A stretch of DNA of 64,000 bases from Candidatus Multivoradales bacterium (GCA_965223855.1 CBDCXM010000009.1:2048001-2112000), one strand, 5' to 3'. Counted from the stretch's first letter, positions 20,190-30,360 are shown. Translations and numbers: made by a program. Notes: generated by a model not told the origin, from the letters alone.

Positions 20190-22112
20190 GTGATCCGCCT
20201 GCGCACGGCCGCACTCGTCGTCGGCCTCGCCGCTCTGGCGGTGGCGCTGCAGTCGGCCGCCGCCTTCCCTCCGACCTGGGCCGCCGCCGGTCGCCTGGCG
20301 GGCTTCGCCGTGGCGCTCGCCTTCGTCGCCTTGGGGTTGGCGGGTTGGGGGTCTCTGGTGGCGGTGCGGCTCGGAGAGGCGACGGCGGAGCTGCGGTTCG
20401 CCTGCGGGCTGACGGTGGTCGGAAGCGTCCTCGGTGCTCTAGCGAGAGTGTGGGTGCCGGGGAGGCTCGCGACCGTGGCACTGCTGGCGGTCGGCTGCCT
20501 CGTCCTGCTGTGGCTGCGCTCGCGCGCGCGCCCGGCGGCGAGATTCGACTGGAGCGCCGGGCCCTGGAGCCTGACGCTGCCCTTCGTTCTCCCGGCGCTG
20601 CTGCTCGCGCTGGCGCCGCCGATCTCGCTCGACGCGCTCGTCTACCACCTGACGGTGCCGCGCCAGGCACTGCTCGACGGTGCGATCACCGAAATGCCGT
20701 GGAGCGTCCACACCGCGCTCGCGCGGCTGATGGAGGGGATCTTCGGCCTCACTCTCGCCCTCGAGCCCTGGGGGATCCTCGCCCAGCTGCTGAGCCTGTC
20801 GTGTGCCGTGGCGACCTGCATGGCGTTGGCGCGGCTGGGCGACCGGATCTGGGGGACGAGCGCGGGCGTCTGGGCGGCGGTCCTGGTGATCTCGATGCCG
20901 GCGCTGACGGTCGTGGCGGGCTGGGCGTGGACCGATTGGGGAGTGATGTTGCTCGCGGCGCTCGCCGTCGACCGGTGGTGGCGCTTCGCCGAAGGAGGTG
21001 ACGAACGCCACCTGCTGGCGGCGGGCCTGCTGGTCGGTGCGGCCGCCGCGGTCAAGTACACCGCTCTGCCGCTGCTGGTCCTGCCGCTGCTGGCCCGGTT
21101 CGACGGCGCCACCTGGCGCCAGAGCCTGCGATCGCTGGCGCTCGCCCTGGTGCCGGCGCTGCCGTGGACCGTCCACAACCTGTCAGCTCACCGCAACCCG
21201 CTCTACCCGCTCTTCACCGAGGTGGCGTCGGAACTCGGGCTCTACCGTGGCGAGGCGGGTCTGCTGGCGCGTCTCCGCGGCTACTTCGGCCGACCGGATC
21301 TTTTGGACGAGAGCCTCGGTGTGGTGCTGTTCCCGGCTCTGGTGCTGGCGCTCGTGTTGAGGGTCGCACCCTGGAAGCGACACCGGACGCTCTACCTGCA
21401 GGGCGGTCTGTTCGCCCTCGCCGGGCTGGTGTTTCATCCGACCGTCCGCAGCTTCGCGCCGGCGCTGGTGATCGTCTGCCTGCTGGGAGGCGGCGGCATC
21501 GCGGCCGGCGCCGACGCCCTGGCGCGGCGCGGAACGCTGCGTCGGCTGGCGACCGCTGCCCTCGCCCTCGGCCTCGCGATCAACTTCCTGCAGGTGCTGT
21601 GGATCTTCGAGCGCTACGCGCCGGTGAGTGCCGCGGTCGGCTTCGAGGCCGAGGAGGACTATCTGAGGAGCGGACAGGACTACTACTCGAGCTTCGAGCG
21701 CATCGAACGGCATACACCGCCGGGGAGCGGTGTGCTGGTGGTCGGCGAGAGCAGGGTCTTTCACCTCGACCGGCCGGTGCTGGCGGGGAGCTACCTCGAC
21801 CCGCTCCCCATCCATTTCCTGCGCTCTGGAGAGTGCGATGTCGATTGCCTGGCGGAGGCCTTGCGCGGGCGTGGGATCTCGACGGTCTTCGTGCGGCGCG
21901 ACCGGCTGGTCGTCGATGATGGTGGCCCGGCCGGCACCGACGAGCTGCGCTTCCGCGTCGACCACGACGACCTGCAGGCGCTGACGGAATTGCTCGGTCG
22001 CTACGGGCGTAAGGTCCACCAGCAGGGGCCGATCGAGCTGTGGGCTCTCTCATCGAGGCTGAACGAGGTCGCGCCGGATCGGCCCCAACTCGGCGTTCCT
22101 GCCGCCGACTGA
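20190..22112 (+). CDS. Polytopic membrane protein, probable GT-C glycosyltransferase
   Basis: Many TM helices, DALVYHL motif, VKYT, GNP-like RNPLYP, C-terminal soluble domain. Confidence 0.6.
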   Translation: MIRLRTAALVVGLAALAVALQSAAAFPPTWAAAGRLAGFAVALAFVALGLAGWGSLVAVRLGEATAELRFACGLTVVGSVLGALARVWVPGRLATVALLAVGCLVLLWLRSRARPAARFDWSAGPWSLTLPFVLPALLLALAPPISLDALVYHLTVPRQALLDGAITEMPWSVHTALARLMEGIFGLTLALEPWGILAQLLSLSCAVATCMALARLGDRIWGTSAGVWAAVLVISMPALTVVAGWAWTDWGVMLLAALAVDRWWRFAEGGDERHLLAAGLLVGAAAAVKYTALPLLVLPLLARFDGATWRQSLRSLALALVPALPWTVHNLSAHRNPLYPLFTEVASELGLYRGEAGLLARLRGYFGRPDLLDESLGVVLFPALVLALVLRVAPWKRHRTLYLQGGLFALAGLVFHPTVRSFAPALVIVCLLGGGGIAAGADALARRGTLRRLATAALALGLAINFLQVLWIFERYAPVSAAVGFEAEEDYLRSGQDYYSSFERIERHTPPGSGVLVVGESRVFHLDRPVLAGSYLDPLPIHFLRSGECDVDCLAEALRGRGISTVFVRRDRLVVDDGGPAGTDELRFRVDHDDLQALTELLGRYGRKVHQQGPIELWALSSRLNEVAPDRPQLGVPAAD

Positions 22113-22143
22113 CAAAGAATCTGATGTGGGATAGCCTGACCTC

Positions 22144-23139
22144 GTGACCAACGGACCGCGAACGGTGATCGACCTGCCGCAGATGCCGAAGCTGCCGCGA
22201 CTCCCGAGTGGGGCGCTGCAGGTCGGTGTCCTGCTCCTTCTCGCTGTCGTCCTCGTCGTCTCCAGCGTCTACACGATCGACCCGGAAGAGGTCGGCGTGG
22301 TGATGCGCTTCGGGCGCTATCTCAAGACGACCGAGCCCGGGCTTCACTTCAAGCTGCCGTTCGGCGTCGATCGGATGATCCCCGTGCCGGTGCAGCGTCA
22401 GTTGAAGCAGGAGTTCGGCTTCCGGACCGTGACCGCCGGGATTCGAAGTCAGTTTCGCAAGGAGCCGAGCGAGTCCAACATGCTCACCGGCGACCTCAAT
22501 GCCGCCGTGGTCGAGTGGGTGGTGCAGTACCGGGTCGACGATCCGTACAAGTACCTCTTCCGGGTGCGCGGCGTCGAGACGACGCTGCAGGATCTCTCCG
22601 AGGCGGTGATGCGGCTGGTCGTCGGCGACCGGACGGTCGATGAAGTGCTCACCGTCGGCCGCCAGGAAGTCGCCGATCTCGTCGAACAGCGGCTGCAGGA
22701 TCTGTGCTCGCAGTACGAGATGGGGATCAAGATCGAGCAGGTCGTGCTGCAGGACGTCACACCGCCCGACCCGGTCAAGCCCTCGTTCAACGAGGTCAAC
22801 CAGGCGGAGCAGGAGCGCGAGACGCTCATCAATCAGGCGCAGTCGGAGTACAACAAGGTGATCTTTCGCGCTCGAGGCGAGGCGCAGCAGACGATCGAGC
22901 AGGCCGAGGGGTATGCGATCGACCGCGTGAACCGAGCCGAGGGCGAGGCGGAGCGTTTCGACACCATCTACTCCGAGTACCGCAAGGCGCCCCAGGTGAC
23001 GCGGCGCCGCCTCTACCTCGAGACGATGAGTGAAGTGCTGCCGGCGATGGGCAGCAAGGTCGTCGTCGACGAGGAGCTGGAGGGCATCCTGCCTTTGCTC
23101 AATCTGAATGCCGGCGGCACGGGAGGGGGCTCCCAATGA
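22144..23139 (+). CDS. hflK: FtsH protease modulator HflK
   Basis: SPFH domain with GVVMRFG, MLTGDLN, APQVTRRRLYLETM. Confidence 0.9.
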   Translation: MTNGPRTVIDLPQMPKLPRLPSGALQVGVLLLLAVVLVVSSVYTIDPEEVGVVMRFGRYLKTTEPGLHFKLPFGVDRMIPVPVQRQLKQEFGFRTVTAGIRSQFRKEPSESNMLTGDLNAAVVEWVVQYRVDDPYKYLFRVRGVETTLQDLSEAVMRLVVGDRTVDEVLTVGRQEVADLVEQRLQDLCSQYEMGIKIEQVVLQDVTPPDPVKPSFNEVNQAEQERETLINQAQSEYNKVIFRARGEAQQTIEQAEGYAIDRVNRAEGEAERFDTIYSEYRKAPQVTRRRLYLETMSEVLPAMGSKVVVDEELEGILPLLNLNAGGTGGGSQ

Positions 23140-24071
23140 TCCGCGGCCTTCTCCTCGTCGTCATCGCCGGGCTCGTGCTGGCGCTCTCCGGAGCCGCCTA
23201 CATCGTCCACGAGCCGGAACAGGTGATCATCACCATGTTCGGCGAGCCGATCGGCCAGCCGGTGACGGAGGCGGGGCTCCATTTCAAGCTGCCCTTCTTC
23301 CACAAGGTGCACCGTTTCGACCGCAGATTCCTCGAGTGGGACGGTGACCCGACGGAGCTGACGACTCGCGACAAGCGCTTCATCTTCGTCGATACCTTCG
23401 CCCGCTGGCGCATCACGGATCCACTCCTCTACTTCCAGCGGTTGCAGGGGGAGCGCCGGGCCCAGAGCCGGCTCGACGACATCCTCGACGGCGAGACCCG
23501 CAACGCGATCGCCAACCACGACCTGGTCGAGGTGGTGCGCACCAGCAACCGCGAGCCGGCGCAGGACGACTCCAACGCCGACGGCGTGCAGACGACGCTC
23601 GACCCGATCGAGTTCGGGCGCGAGAAGATCCGCCAGGAGATTCTGACCAGCGCTCAGGCGCGGACGAGTGACCTCGGTATCGAGATCCTCGACGTACAGT
23701 TCAAGCGCATCAACTACGTGGAGAACGTCCGCGAGAAGGTCTACCAGCGGATGATCGCCGAGCGCCGCCGGATCGCCGATCGCTACCGCTCGGAGGGGCA
23801 GGGCGAGGCGGCGCGGATCGAGGGCGAGATGGAGCGCGAGCTCAAGCGGATCGAGTCCGAGGCCTACCGCGAGGCTCAGGAGATCGTCGGACGTGCGGAT
23901 GCCTCCGCCACCGAGATCTACGCCCGCGCCTACGACCAGTCGGCCGATTCGCGCAGCTTCTACGCCTTCCTGAAGACGATGGAGACCCTGCGGAGCACGG
24001 CGAGCGACGAGACGTCGATCGTCCTGTCGACCGATGGCGAGTTCTACCGCTTCCTCGAAGACGTCGAGTAG
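23136..24071 (+). CDS. hflC: FtsH protease modulator HflC
   Basis: GLHFKLPF, WRITDP, RMIAERRRIA, FYAFLK; ATGA coupling to hflK. Confidence 0.9.
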   Translation: MIRGLLLVVIAGLVLALSGAAYIVHEPEQVIITMFGEPIGQPVTEAGLHFKLPFFHKVHRFDRRFLEWDGDPTELTTRDKRFIFVDTFARWRITDPLLYFQRLQGERRAQSRLDDILDGETRNAIANHDLVEVVRTSNREPAQDDSNADGVQTTLDPIEFGREKIRQEILTSAQARTSDLGIEILDVQFKRINYVENVREKVYQRMIAERRRIADRYRSEGQGEAARIEGEMERELKRIESEAYREAQEIVGRADASATEIYARAYDQSADSRSFYAFLKTMETLRSTASDETSIVLSTDGEFYRFLEDVE

Positions 24072-25533
24072 AGCGCGGCAGCGGGCGAGGCGTGCGATCG
24101 CGCTGTCGGCGCTCGCCTGGGTCGCTGCGGCAGGCGCTTACGCGCTCCAGGATCAGCTGGGGGTCGCCGCAGCCGAGGCTCGCCGTGCGGCGACCGCTCT
24201 GGGCGTTCACGTCATCGACGTCGAGACCGGCGAAACGGTCTACGAATACCAGCCGGACCGACCCCGGATCCTCGCCTCCAACACCAAGCTCGTCACCTCT
24301 GCGGCGGCGCTCGACCGGCTGAGCCCCGCCCACTACATCGAGACCGCGCTGCGGGCGAGGGGGCGGGTCGAGAACGGCGTGCTGAGGGGAGATCTCGCGG
24401 TCATCGGCTCGGGCGATCCGGCGATCTCGGGGCGCCACTACGGCGACGATCCGCTGCACGTCTTCCGACGCTGGGGCGAGGAGCTGCGCGGGCGCGGGAT
24501 CTCGAGGGTCGACGGTGACCTCGTGCTGGTCGACGGCCTTTTCGACGATCTCGAAGTCCACCCCGATTGGCCGCGCGACCAGCTCCACAAGTGGTACGAA
24601 GCGCCGGTTTCGTCGCTGTCCTTCAACGACAACTGCATCTGGCTGTGGGTGACTCCGGGTGAGCGGCCGGGCGACCCGGCGCACGTCGAGGTGGCGCCGG
24701 ACGTGCCGACGGTCGTCGTCAGCAACACCGCCCGCACGACCTCGAAGTCGCGCAGCCATTCGATCGTCGTCGGACGCCAGCCGGGGAGCAATGTGATCAA
24801 CGTCTCGGGGTGGGTCTACCGGCATGCCGAGCCCTATGTCGTCGCCGTCTCGGTGCCGCGCCCGGCGCAGCTCTTCGGTGACGGTCTCAAAGAGGGTTTG
24901 CGGCAGGCGGGGGTGGCCGTCGCCGGAGACGTGACGATCGTTCCGCGGCTGCCCGCCGCGCCTTGGCGGGTCCTCGCCCGCCATCGTACCGACCTGATGA
25001 CGGTGCTCGAGGTGGTCAACAAGCGGAGCCAGAACTTCTACGCAGAGGCTCTGCTGAAGCTGCTCGGCGCGATCGACTGCGGCGAGGGAAGCTGGGCGTC
25101 GGGGGCCAGAGTGGTTGCGGAGTTCCTCGCGGAGTTGGGGATCGATCCGGCGAGCTATCAGTATGCCGACGGCTCGGGGATGAGCCGCAACAACCGCTTC
25201 ACCCCGCGTCAGCTCACGAGCGTGTTGCGGCACATGTACTTCCACCGCTTCGGCCGCGAATACCTGCGTTCGCTCGCCTACAGCGGCGAGTCGGAGCTCG
25301 ATCCGCCGTGGATGACGTCGTCGCTATCGAAGCGGATGACGGAGGCGAGCTACCGGCACAACGTGCTCGCCAAGACCGGCGGCCTCAACGGCGTCTCGAC
25401 GCTCTCCGGCTACGCCAAGTCGCGCTCGGGCAGGCTCTACGCCTTCTCGATTCTGTGCAACTCGATCCGTGGCGCGTGGCATGCCAAGCGGGCGCAGGAC
25501 CGGATCGTCCGGACGCTGATCGACCGTGGCTGA
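24034..25533 (+). CDS. dacB: D-Ala-D-Ala carboxypeptidase/endopeptidase PBP4 (S13)
   Basis: ASNTK (SxxK), SQN, DGSG, AKTG; signal-like N-terminus; start uncertain (overlaps hflC). Confidence 0.88.
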   Translation: MASSTASSKTSSRARQRARRAIALSALAWVAAAGAYALQDQLGVAAAEARRAATALGVHVIDVETGETVYEYQPDRPRILASNTKLVTSAAALDRLSPAHYIETALRARGRVENGVLRGDLAVIGSGDPAISGRHYGDDPLHVFRRWGEELRGRGISRVDGDLVLVDGLFDDLEVHPDWPRDQLHKWYEAPVSSLSFNDNCIWLWVTPGERPGDPAHVEVAPDVPTVVVSNTARTTSKSRSHSIVVGRQPGSNVINVSGWVYRHAEPYVVAVSVPRPAQLFGDGLKEGLRQAGVAVAGDVTIVPRLPAAPWRVLARHRTDLMTVLEVVNKRSQNFYAEALLKLLGAIDCGEGSWASGARVVAEFLAELGIDPASYQYADGSGMSRNNRFTPRQLTSVLRHMYFHRFGREYLRSLAYSGESELDPPWMTSSLSKRMTEASYRHNVLAKTGGLNGVSTLSGYAKSRSGRLYAFSILCNSIRGAWHAKRAQDRIVRTLIDRG

Positions 25534-26767
25534 GAGCGCGTCTCAGGAGGGCGAGGTGCGGCCATCGCCTGGCGATCTGCTGCAGGAGGTCGAGGAGCTG
25601 GTATCGACCATTTCGTCCGGGAGTGACGCAAGCTCGATCAGGGAGATCGCTCAGCAGGTCGTAGAACGGCTCGGGAAGAGGCTGGGCCTGATCGGGGCTC
25701 GCACCTATCGACGGGACGGCGGTGACTATGTTCTGACCTCCGCATTGCCGCAGAGAACGGATCTGCAGGGGTTCCGGGTCCCAGCTAGCTATCCGCCCAT
25801 AGATCGGCTTCTCGAAGAGCGCTTTCTGTACATGAGAAGGGACGATCCGAGGCTGGACAAGGATATCGAGAAGTTCCTGGGCGTCGATGAGTTTGCTGCA
25901 ATCTGGATCGACAGCGATCGCTGCGACTGCATCGTTGCCTTCGACGTCGCCGATGGACGGGCCCGCGAGGAGATCCGATACGCACTGTCGATCCTCCGCT
26001 ACAGCATTCAGCATCGGCTTCGGGAAGAATGGCTCGACGACGTACTTCGTGAGGCTCGACGGGTACAAGCTTCTATGCTGCCGCGTCGGACTCCCGTCTA
26101 CGGAGACTTCGACCTTGCGGGAAGAACCGTTCCGATGGAGAGACTCGGCGGTGACTTCTACGACTACATCCCGATCAGCCCGCAGATCCTCGGTCTGGCG
26201 ATCGCCGACGTCACCGGACACGGCCTGCCTGCGGCGCTCCAGACCCGGGACGTCTACACCGGCCTACGGATGGGGCTGGCACGCGACCTCAAGATCGTCA
26301 GGACGATGGAGCGCCTCAACAGGATCGTCAGCCGCAGCACGCTGACCAGCCGCTTCGTCTCGCTCTTCTACGGCGAGCTCGAGCTCAACGGCCTCTTCAT
26401 CTACGTCAACGCCGGGCACAACGCGCCGTTCCACGTCAGCGCCGCCGGAGAAGCGACCGCACTGACGGCAGGCGGACCGGTCCTGGGCCCGATTCCCGAT
26501 GCGACCTACGCGCGAGGCTTCGTGGAGTTGGAGCCTGGAGACACGCTTGTCCTGTACACCGACGGAATCGTCGAGGCGGAGGGAAAGCGAGACGGCGATG
26601 AGTCCGAGCTCTACGGCGTAGAGCGGCTGCTGGACGTCGTGCGCGGACAGCCAAAGGCCTCGGCCGAAGCCATCGTGAACGCGGTGTTCGACGACGTCAA
26701 GGCGTTCTCGACCTCGCCGCTGCCCAACGACGACCGCACCGTCGTCGTGCTCAAGAAACCGGCCTGA
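25526..26767 (+). CDS. PP2C/SpoIIE-family phosphatase (RsbU-like) with N-terminal sensory region
   Basis: GGDFYD, IADVTGHG, NAGH, LYTDGIVEA, DDRT. Confidence 0.88.
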   Translation: MAESASQEGEVRPSPGDLLQEVEELVSTISSGSDASSIREIAQQVVERLGKRLGLIGARTYRRDGGDYVLTSALPQRTDLQGFRVPASYPPIDRLLEERFLYMRRDDPRLDKDIEKFLGVDEFAAIWIDSDRCDCIVAFDVADGRAREEIRYALSILRYSIQHRLREEWLDDVLREARRVQASMLPRRTPVYGDFDLAGRTVPMERLGGDFYDYIPISPQILGLAIADVTGHGLPAALQTRDVYTGLRMGLARDLKIVRTMERLNRIVSRSTLTSRFVSLFYGELELNGLFIYVNAGHNAPFHVSAAGEATALTAGGPVLGPIPDATYARGFVELEPGDTLVLYTDGIVEAEGKRDGDESELYGVERLLDVVRGQPKASAEAIVNAVFDDVKAFSTSPLPNDDRTVVVLKKPA

Positions 26768-26770
26768 CGC

Positions 26771-26792
26771 CGCGACCGTCGGATCGGTCGCG
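26771..26792 (+). terminator. GC-rich hairpin just after the phosphatase stop (no U-tract)
   Basis: CGCGACCG-tcggat-CGGTCGCG, perfect 8-bp stem. Confidence 0.35.
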
Positions 26793-27018
26793 TCGAATCG
26801 AGACGTTCTCGGCGTGAAGCCGGCGGGCTGTGCCTGCGCTGCAGGATCTCCTCAACGCAGCCGCGGCAGCGCAAGGACGGTTCGGTCCGTCACGCTGACC
26901 GGAGCCGCCGCCGGCCTACCCGGAAGTCTTTCTGCAAGGGCCCTCGTACATCGAAGGCGGCCTCTCCCCGGAGCGGCCCGCTCCCGGCGAGAACCCGCTC
27001 TCCCGTGAGTCTGAGCCG

Positions 27019-27516
27019 CTAGCGTGCGAAACAGACGAGGTGGGTCTCGTGCAGGAAAATGCCGAAGTAGCCGGTCGGCACCTCTCCTTCGGGCATGGCG
27101 CACTGGACGGTCGTCGCGGCGTCGTCGGTCAGGGTGAGGGTCAGCTTCTTCGGCGTCTTCTTCCGATAGGTGACGATCCAGGAGGGATCGTCTTCGCGAA
27201 AGTACTCCGCCGGCTCGGTGGTTGCCCTGGCATCGGCATCCACCCCGGCGACACGAAAGACGTCGTCGAGGGTCATGCCGGTGTCGCTGGTTTCGAAGCG
27301 CAGCCAGGCCAGCGCGCGCTCCTTCCACTCTTCGTCGCTCAGTTCGGCGATCTCGAGTTGAAAGCGGGCGGCCTCCTCCTTGGCGAGCGCCTGCTCGGTC
27401 TGCCAGCCGTACCCCTTGCTGCCGAGCGGGACGCTGCCGCCACCGCGTCCGCCGGGCTGGGCCGAGGCTGCTACTGCGAGGGTGGAAAGGACGAGGGCTG
27501 CAGCGAAGGTCTTCAT
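27019..27516 (-). CDS. Secreted hypothetical protein
   Basis: AAGGAG SD; signal peptide MKTFAAALVLSTLAVAASA. Confidence 0.7.
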   Translation of the reverse strand: MKTFAAALVLSTLAVAASAQPGGRGGGSVPLGSKGYGWQTEQALAKEEAARFQLEIAELSDEEWKERALAWLRFETSDTGMTLDDVFRVAGVDADARATTEPAEYFREDDPSWIVTYRKKTPKKLTLTLTDDAATTVQCAMPEGEVPTGYFGIFLHETHLVCFAR

Positions 27517-27642
27517 GGCGGCGTCTCCTTGCGGGGGTCTCCTTGCGGGCCTGGGCGAACCCTCGATCGGCCCGCGGGAACAGAGTCTACTGCGAGCTAC
27601 GCCGTCGTCGCCGTCGAGATTCCCCCGGTCTCGCGCACAGGA

Positions 27643-28326
27643 TCACCCTGCCCGTCGCTCGACGATCTCGATCTCCTGACGCAGCTTGATGAGGCTGCCG
27701 GCTGGATAGATGCCGGACCGGAGCTGTACTCCCGGATAGAGGCTCGTACCGGAGCCGACGATCGACCCGGGGTGCAGCACACAGTTGCAGCCGACTCGCA
27801 CCCCGTCCCCGAGAAGGGCGCCGAGCTTGCGCCGACCGCTGTCGATCCGGCCGTCGCCGCTCGGGATCTCGATCGTTCGACCGTCGTGGCGGAAGTTCGA
27901 CAGCACGCTGCCGGCGCCGAGGTTGACGTCGCTGCCGAGGATCGAGTCTCCGACGTAGGACAGATGCGGCGCCCTCGAGCCGGGCAGGAGAATCGAGTGC
28001 TTCACCTCGACGTTCGCGCCGACGCCGGCCCCGTCACCCAACCAGCATCCTCCGCGCAGGTACGCTCCGGGACCGACCCGGACGTCGTCGCCGAGGAAGA
28101 CCGGTCCCTCGATCACCGCGGTCGGATGAATCCGGCATCCTTTGCCGATGACGATTCCGTCACCCGAGAGGTGGTGGTGGGGCGACAGCGGGATCTCGAT
28201 GCTGCTCGACGGCAGCGCTTCGAGCAGCGTCGCCAGAGGCTCTCCAAGGAGCTCCCACGGTCTCCGGGGGTCGAACGCCGGCAGGAACGGCTCGGGGAGC
28301 TTCTCGAAGAGGGGCGGCAGGGTCAT
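27643..28326 (-). CDS. Hexapeptide-repeat (left-handed beta-helix) GlmU-C-terminal-like protein
   Basis: IHPTAVIEGP, HLSYVGDSILG, RRKLGALLGD; no nucleotidyltransferase domain. Confidence 0.8.
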   Translation of the reverse strand: MTLPPLFEKLPEPFLPAFDPRRPWELLGEPLATLLEALPSSSIEIPLSPHHHLSGDGIVIGKGCRIHPTAVIEGPVFLGDDVRVGPGAYLRGGCWLGDGAGVGANVEVKHSILLPGSRAPHLSYVGDSILGSDVNLGAGSVLSNFRHDGRTIEIPSGDGRIDSGRRKLGALLGDGVRVGCNCVLHPGSIVGSGTSLYPGVQLRSGIYPAGSLIKLRQEIEIVERRAG

Positions 28327-28352
28327 CGGGCCTCCGGCATGATAGCGCTCCT

Positions 28353-29009
28353 ATGGGCGACGTCTGGGAGCGGTTGCCGCCAAGGTTCTATCGCCGGCCA
28401 GCCGAGGTGGTGGCGCCGGATCTCCTGGGGCGCTACCTGGTTCGCAGCCTGGAGGGGAGCCGCGACGTGGTGAGAATCGTCGAGACGGAGGCCTATCTCG
28501 GAGCCGCCGACCGGGCCAGCCACGCCTGGGGCGACCGGCGCACCCGGAGGACGGCGTCCCTGTTTCGTGACGGCGGCTCCGCCTACGTTTACCTGATCTA
28601 CGGGATCCACTGCATGTTGAATGTGGTCACTGGAAGCCGGCAGGACGGAAGTGCTGTGCTGATTCGTGCCGCCGAGCCGGTCGAAGGGGTGGGGCGCATG
28701 GCGACTCGCCGCCGGCTTGCCGCAGACGGCCGGGCGGGTGCGATCGCCGGCGGTCCCGGGAAGCTCTGTCAGGCGCTGGCGGTCGGTCTCGATCTCGATG
28801 GCGCTCCGCTCGATCGCGGCGAGCTGCGGCTCGCTGCCGGGCGGCCCGTGCCGGCCGACGAGATCGCCGTCGGCCCGCGGGTCGGCGTCGACTATGCCGG
28901 CGAGGCGGCCGGCTGGCCGCTGCGATTCGCCGAGATCGGCAACCAGCATGTCTCGAAGCCGGCTCCCCCCAGGAGCGAGACGGCTCGCTCCAGCGGTCAG
29001 TCGAAGTAG
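28353..29009 (+). CDS. DNA-3-methyladenine glycosylase (MPG/AAG family)
   Basis: RIVETEAY, YVYLIYGIH, AVLIRAAEP, GPGKLCQAL, PRVGV. Confidence 0.9.
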   Translation: MGDVWERLPPRFYRRPAEVVAPDLLGRYLVRSLEGSRDVVRIVETEAYLGAADRASHAWGDRRTRRTASLFRDGGSAYVYLIYGIHCMLNVVTGSRQDGSAVLIRAAEPVEGVGRMATRRRLAADGRAGAIAGGPGKLCQALAVGLDLDGAPLDRGELRLAAGRPVPADEIAVGPRVGVDYAGEAAGWPLRFAEIGNQHVSKPAPPRSETARSSGQSK

Positions 29010-30118
29010 ATGTGTCCCGCCTCGAAGAGGGTCCAGAGGACGACCTGAGTCTCCAGGGGGGGCATCGGCGAGATCTTGTGAATCGTCCCGACGTCGTACT
29101 GACCGTTGATCCGGCTCAGCAGAAAGCCGGCCTGGGCGGAGATGTCGAGATTGGCGAGGTCCTCCAGGTTGCCGCTCAGATTCGGCACCGCCGACTCCAC
29201 GACACCGCTCGCCTGAACGACGGCTCGGATCTCCTTCTCGACCTCCTTGACGCCTTCCTGAGTCTTCTCGCCGTCCGGATCGAGGTTCCCCGCAGCCCGG
29301 GCGTGCCGGAGGGCGGCGACGAGTTCCTGTTCGGCCAGGAGCGCGGTCGCCGCTTCGATGAGTGCGCCGGCGTCGATCGTGTCGCCGTTGGAGGTGGCCG
29401 GCTGAACCTCGGCCGCACCTCGCGGCCGCACCATCTTCAGGTGGCCGAGCCTCATCTGCTCCCACAGCACCCGGCAGACGTAGAACTCGCTCGAGTGGGT
29501 CTCGAGCGCGATCTCCTCGATCGTCCGGTCGTCGTTGACCTGCCTCAGAAGGTGCTCGGCGCCGGGGTCCCCTTCCGGCGCGACGAGGTTGGAGACCGCG
29601 ACCGGGACGCAGAACTTCGAAGGGATCGATTCGCGGATCCGGGTCCAGTCGTCGAGCCGTTTGGCGCCTCGAAGCACGAGAGTCTGGACGTCGAGCGAGA
29701 TCGGCACCATCTCGAACGCCGGGAGCTCGTCCTCGATGAACTGAAAGTCGGCTTCGGGCCAGGTGAAGATCTCGTAGATGCTCTCCTCGGCCTTGAGCCG
29801 GAGCATCCGCTCGAGGTCGGGCTGGTTGATGGCGCCGATCGTCATCAGGATCTTCCCGAGCAACATCCGGTTGCCTTCCTGCATCTCGATCGCCTTGGCG
29901 AGAGTGACCTCGTCGAGGAAGCCGTGACTGACCAGAAAGTGCCCCAGGTACTCCGTTCGATCGCTGGACGCGGACGCGATGATCCTGCCGTCCTCGAAGA
30001 AGACCTGCTTCTGCACCTGCCCGTTGGACACCAGCAGGGTGCCGGTCTTCTGCCCACGCGCGAGCCACTGCAGCAGCTCGGGGAAGTCCATCGAGTGGAG
30101 GCTCCCCGTGAGGCTCAT
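28997..30118 (-). CDS. DUF4388-domain protein (copy 2)
   Basis: MSLTGSLHSMDFPELLQWLARGQKTGTL, IFTWPEADFQF, LRGAKRLDDW; GGAGGGG SD. Confidence 0.8.
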   Translation of the reverse strand: MSLTGSLHSMDFPELLQWLARGQKTGTLLVSNGQVQKQVFFEDGRIIASASSDRTEYLGHFLVSHGFLDEVTLAKAIEMQEGNRMLLGKILMTIGAINQPDLERMLRLKAEESIYEIFTWPEADFQFIEDELPAFEMVPISLDVQTLVLRGAKRLDDWTRIRESIPSKFCVPVAVSNLVAPEGDPGAEHLLRQVNDDRTIEEIALETHSSEFYVCRVLWEQMRLGHLKMVRPRGAAEVQPATSNGDTIDAGALIEAATALLAEQELVAALRHARAAGNLDPDGEKTQEGVKEVEKEIRAVVQASGVVESAVPNLSGNLEDLANLDISAQAGFLLSRINGQYDVGTIHKISPMPPLETQVVLWTLFEAGHIYFD

Positions 30119-30181
30119 GGAGCCCCTCCAGGCCTCGACGGGCCTCCCTCACTCGACTGCATCGACTCGTCCCTCCCGCTA

Positions 30182-30360
30182 GCCTGAACTTCTCACACCA
30201 CTGTGGTCTGGCAGGTCGTAGGTTGCTGAAGATACGAGGCTTCCGGTCGGGGGCACCGGAGACATAGCCGTAGCTACGTCGAGGAGCGCAGTGACTGGAA
30301 AACGAAGTAGATTCAGTGACATACGGCCTACCGGACTGCAATGGCGTGAGGAGTTCAGGC
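30182..30360. mobile_element. 179-bp MITE-like element with ~49-bp imperfect terminal inverted repeats, flanked by TA
   Basis: TA|GCCTGAACTTCTCACACCACTGTGGTCTGGCAGGTCGTA...TACGGCCTACCGGACTGCAATGGCGTGAGGAGTTCAGGC|TA; lower GC than typical coding sequence; non-coding. Confidence 0.6.

Noticed and set aside
30182-30360. 6S RNA
   Set aside because: The length is similar, but near-continuous terminal repeats with TA flanks fit a MITE better and I could not recognise 6S motifs; an Rfam scan would settle it
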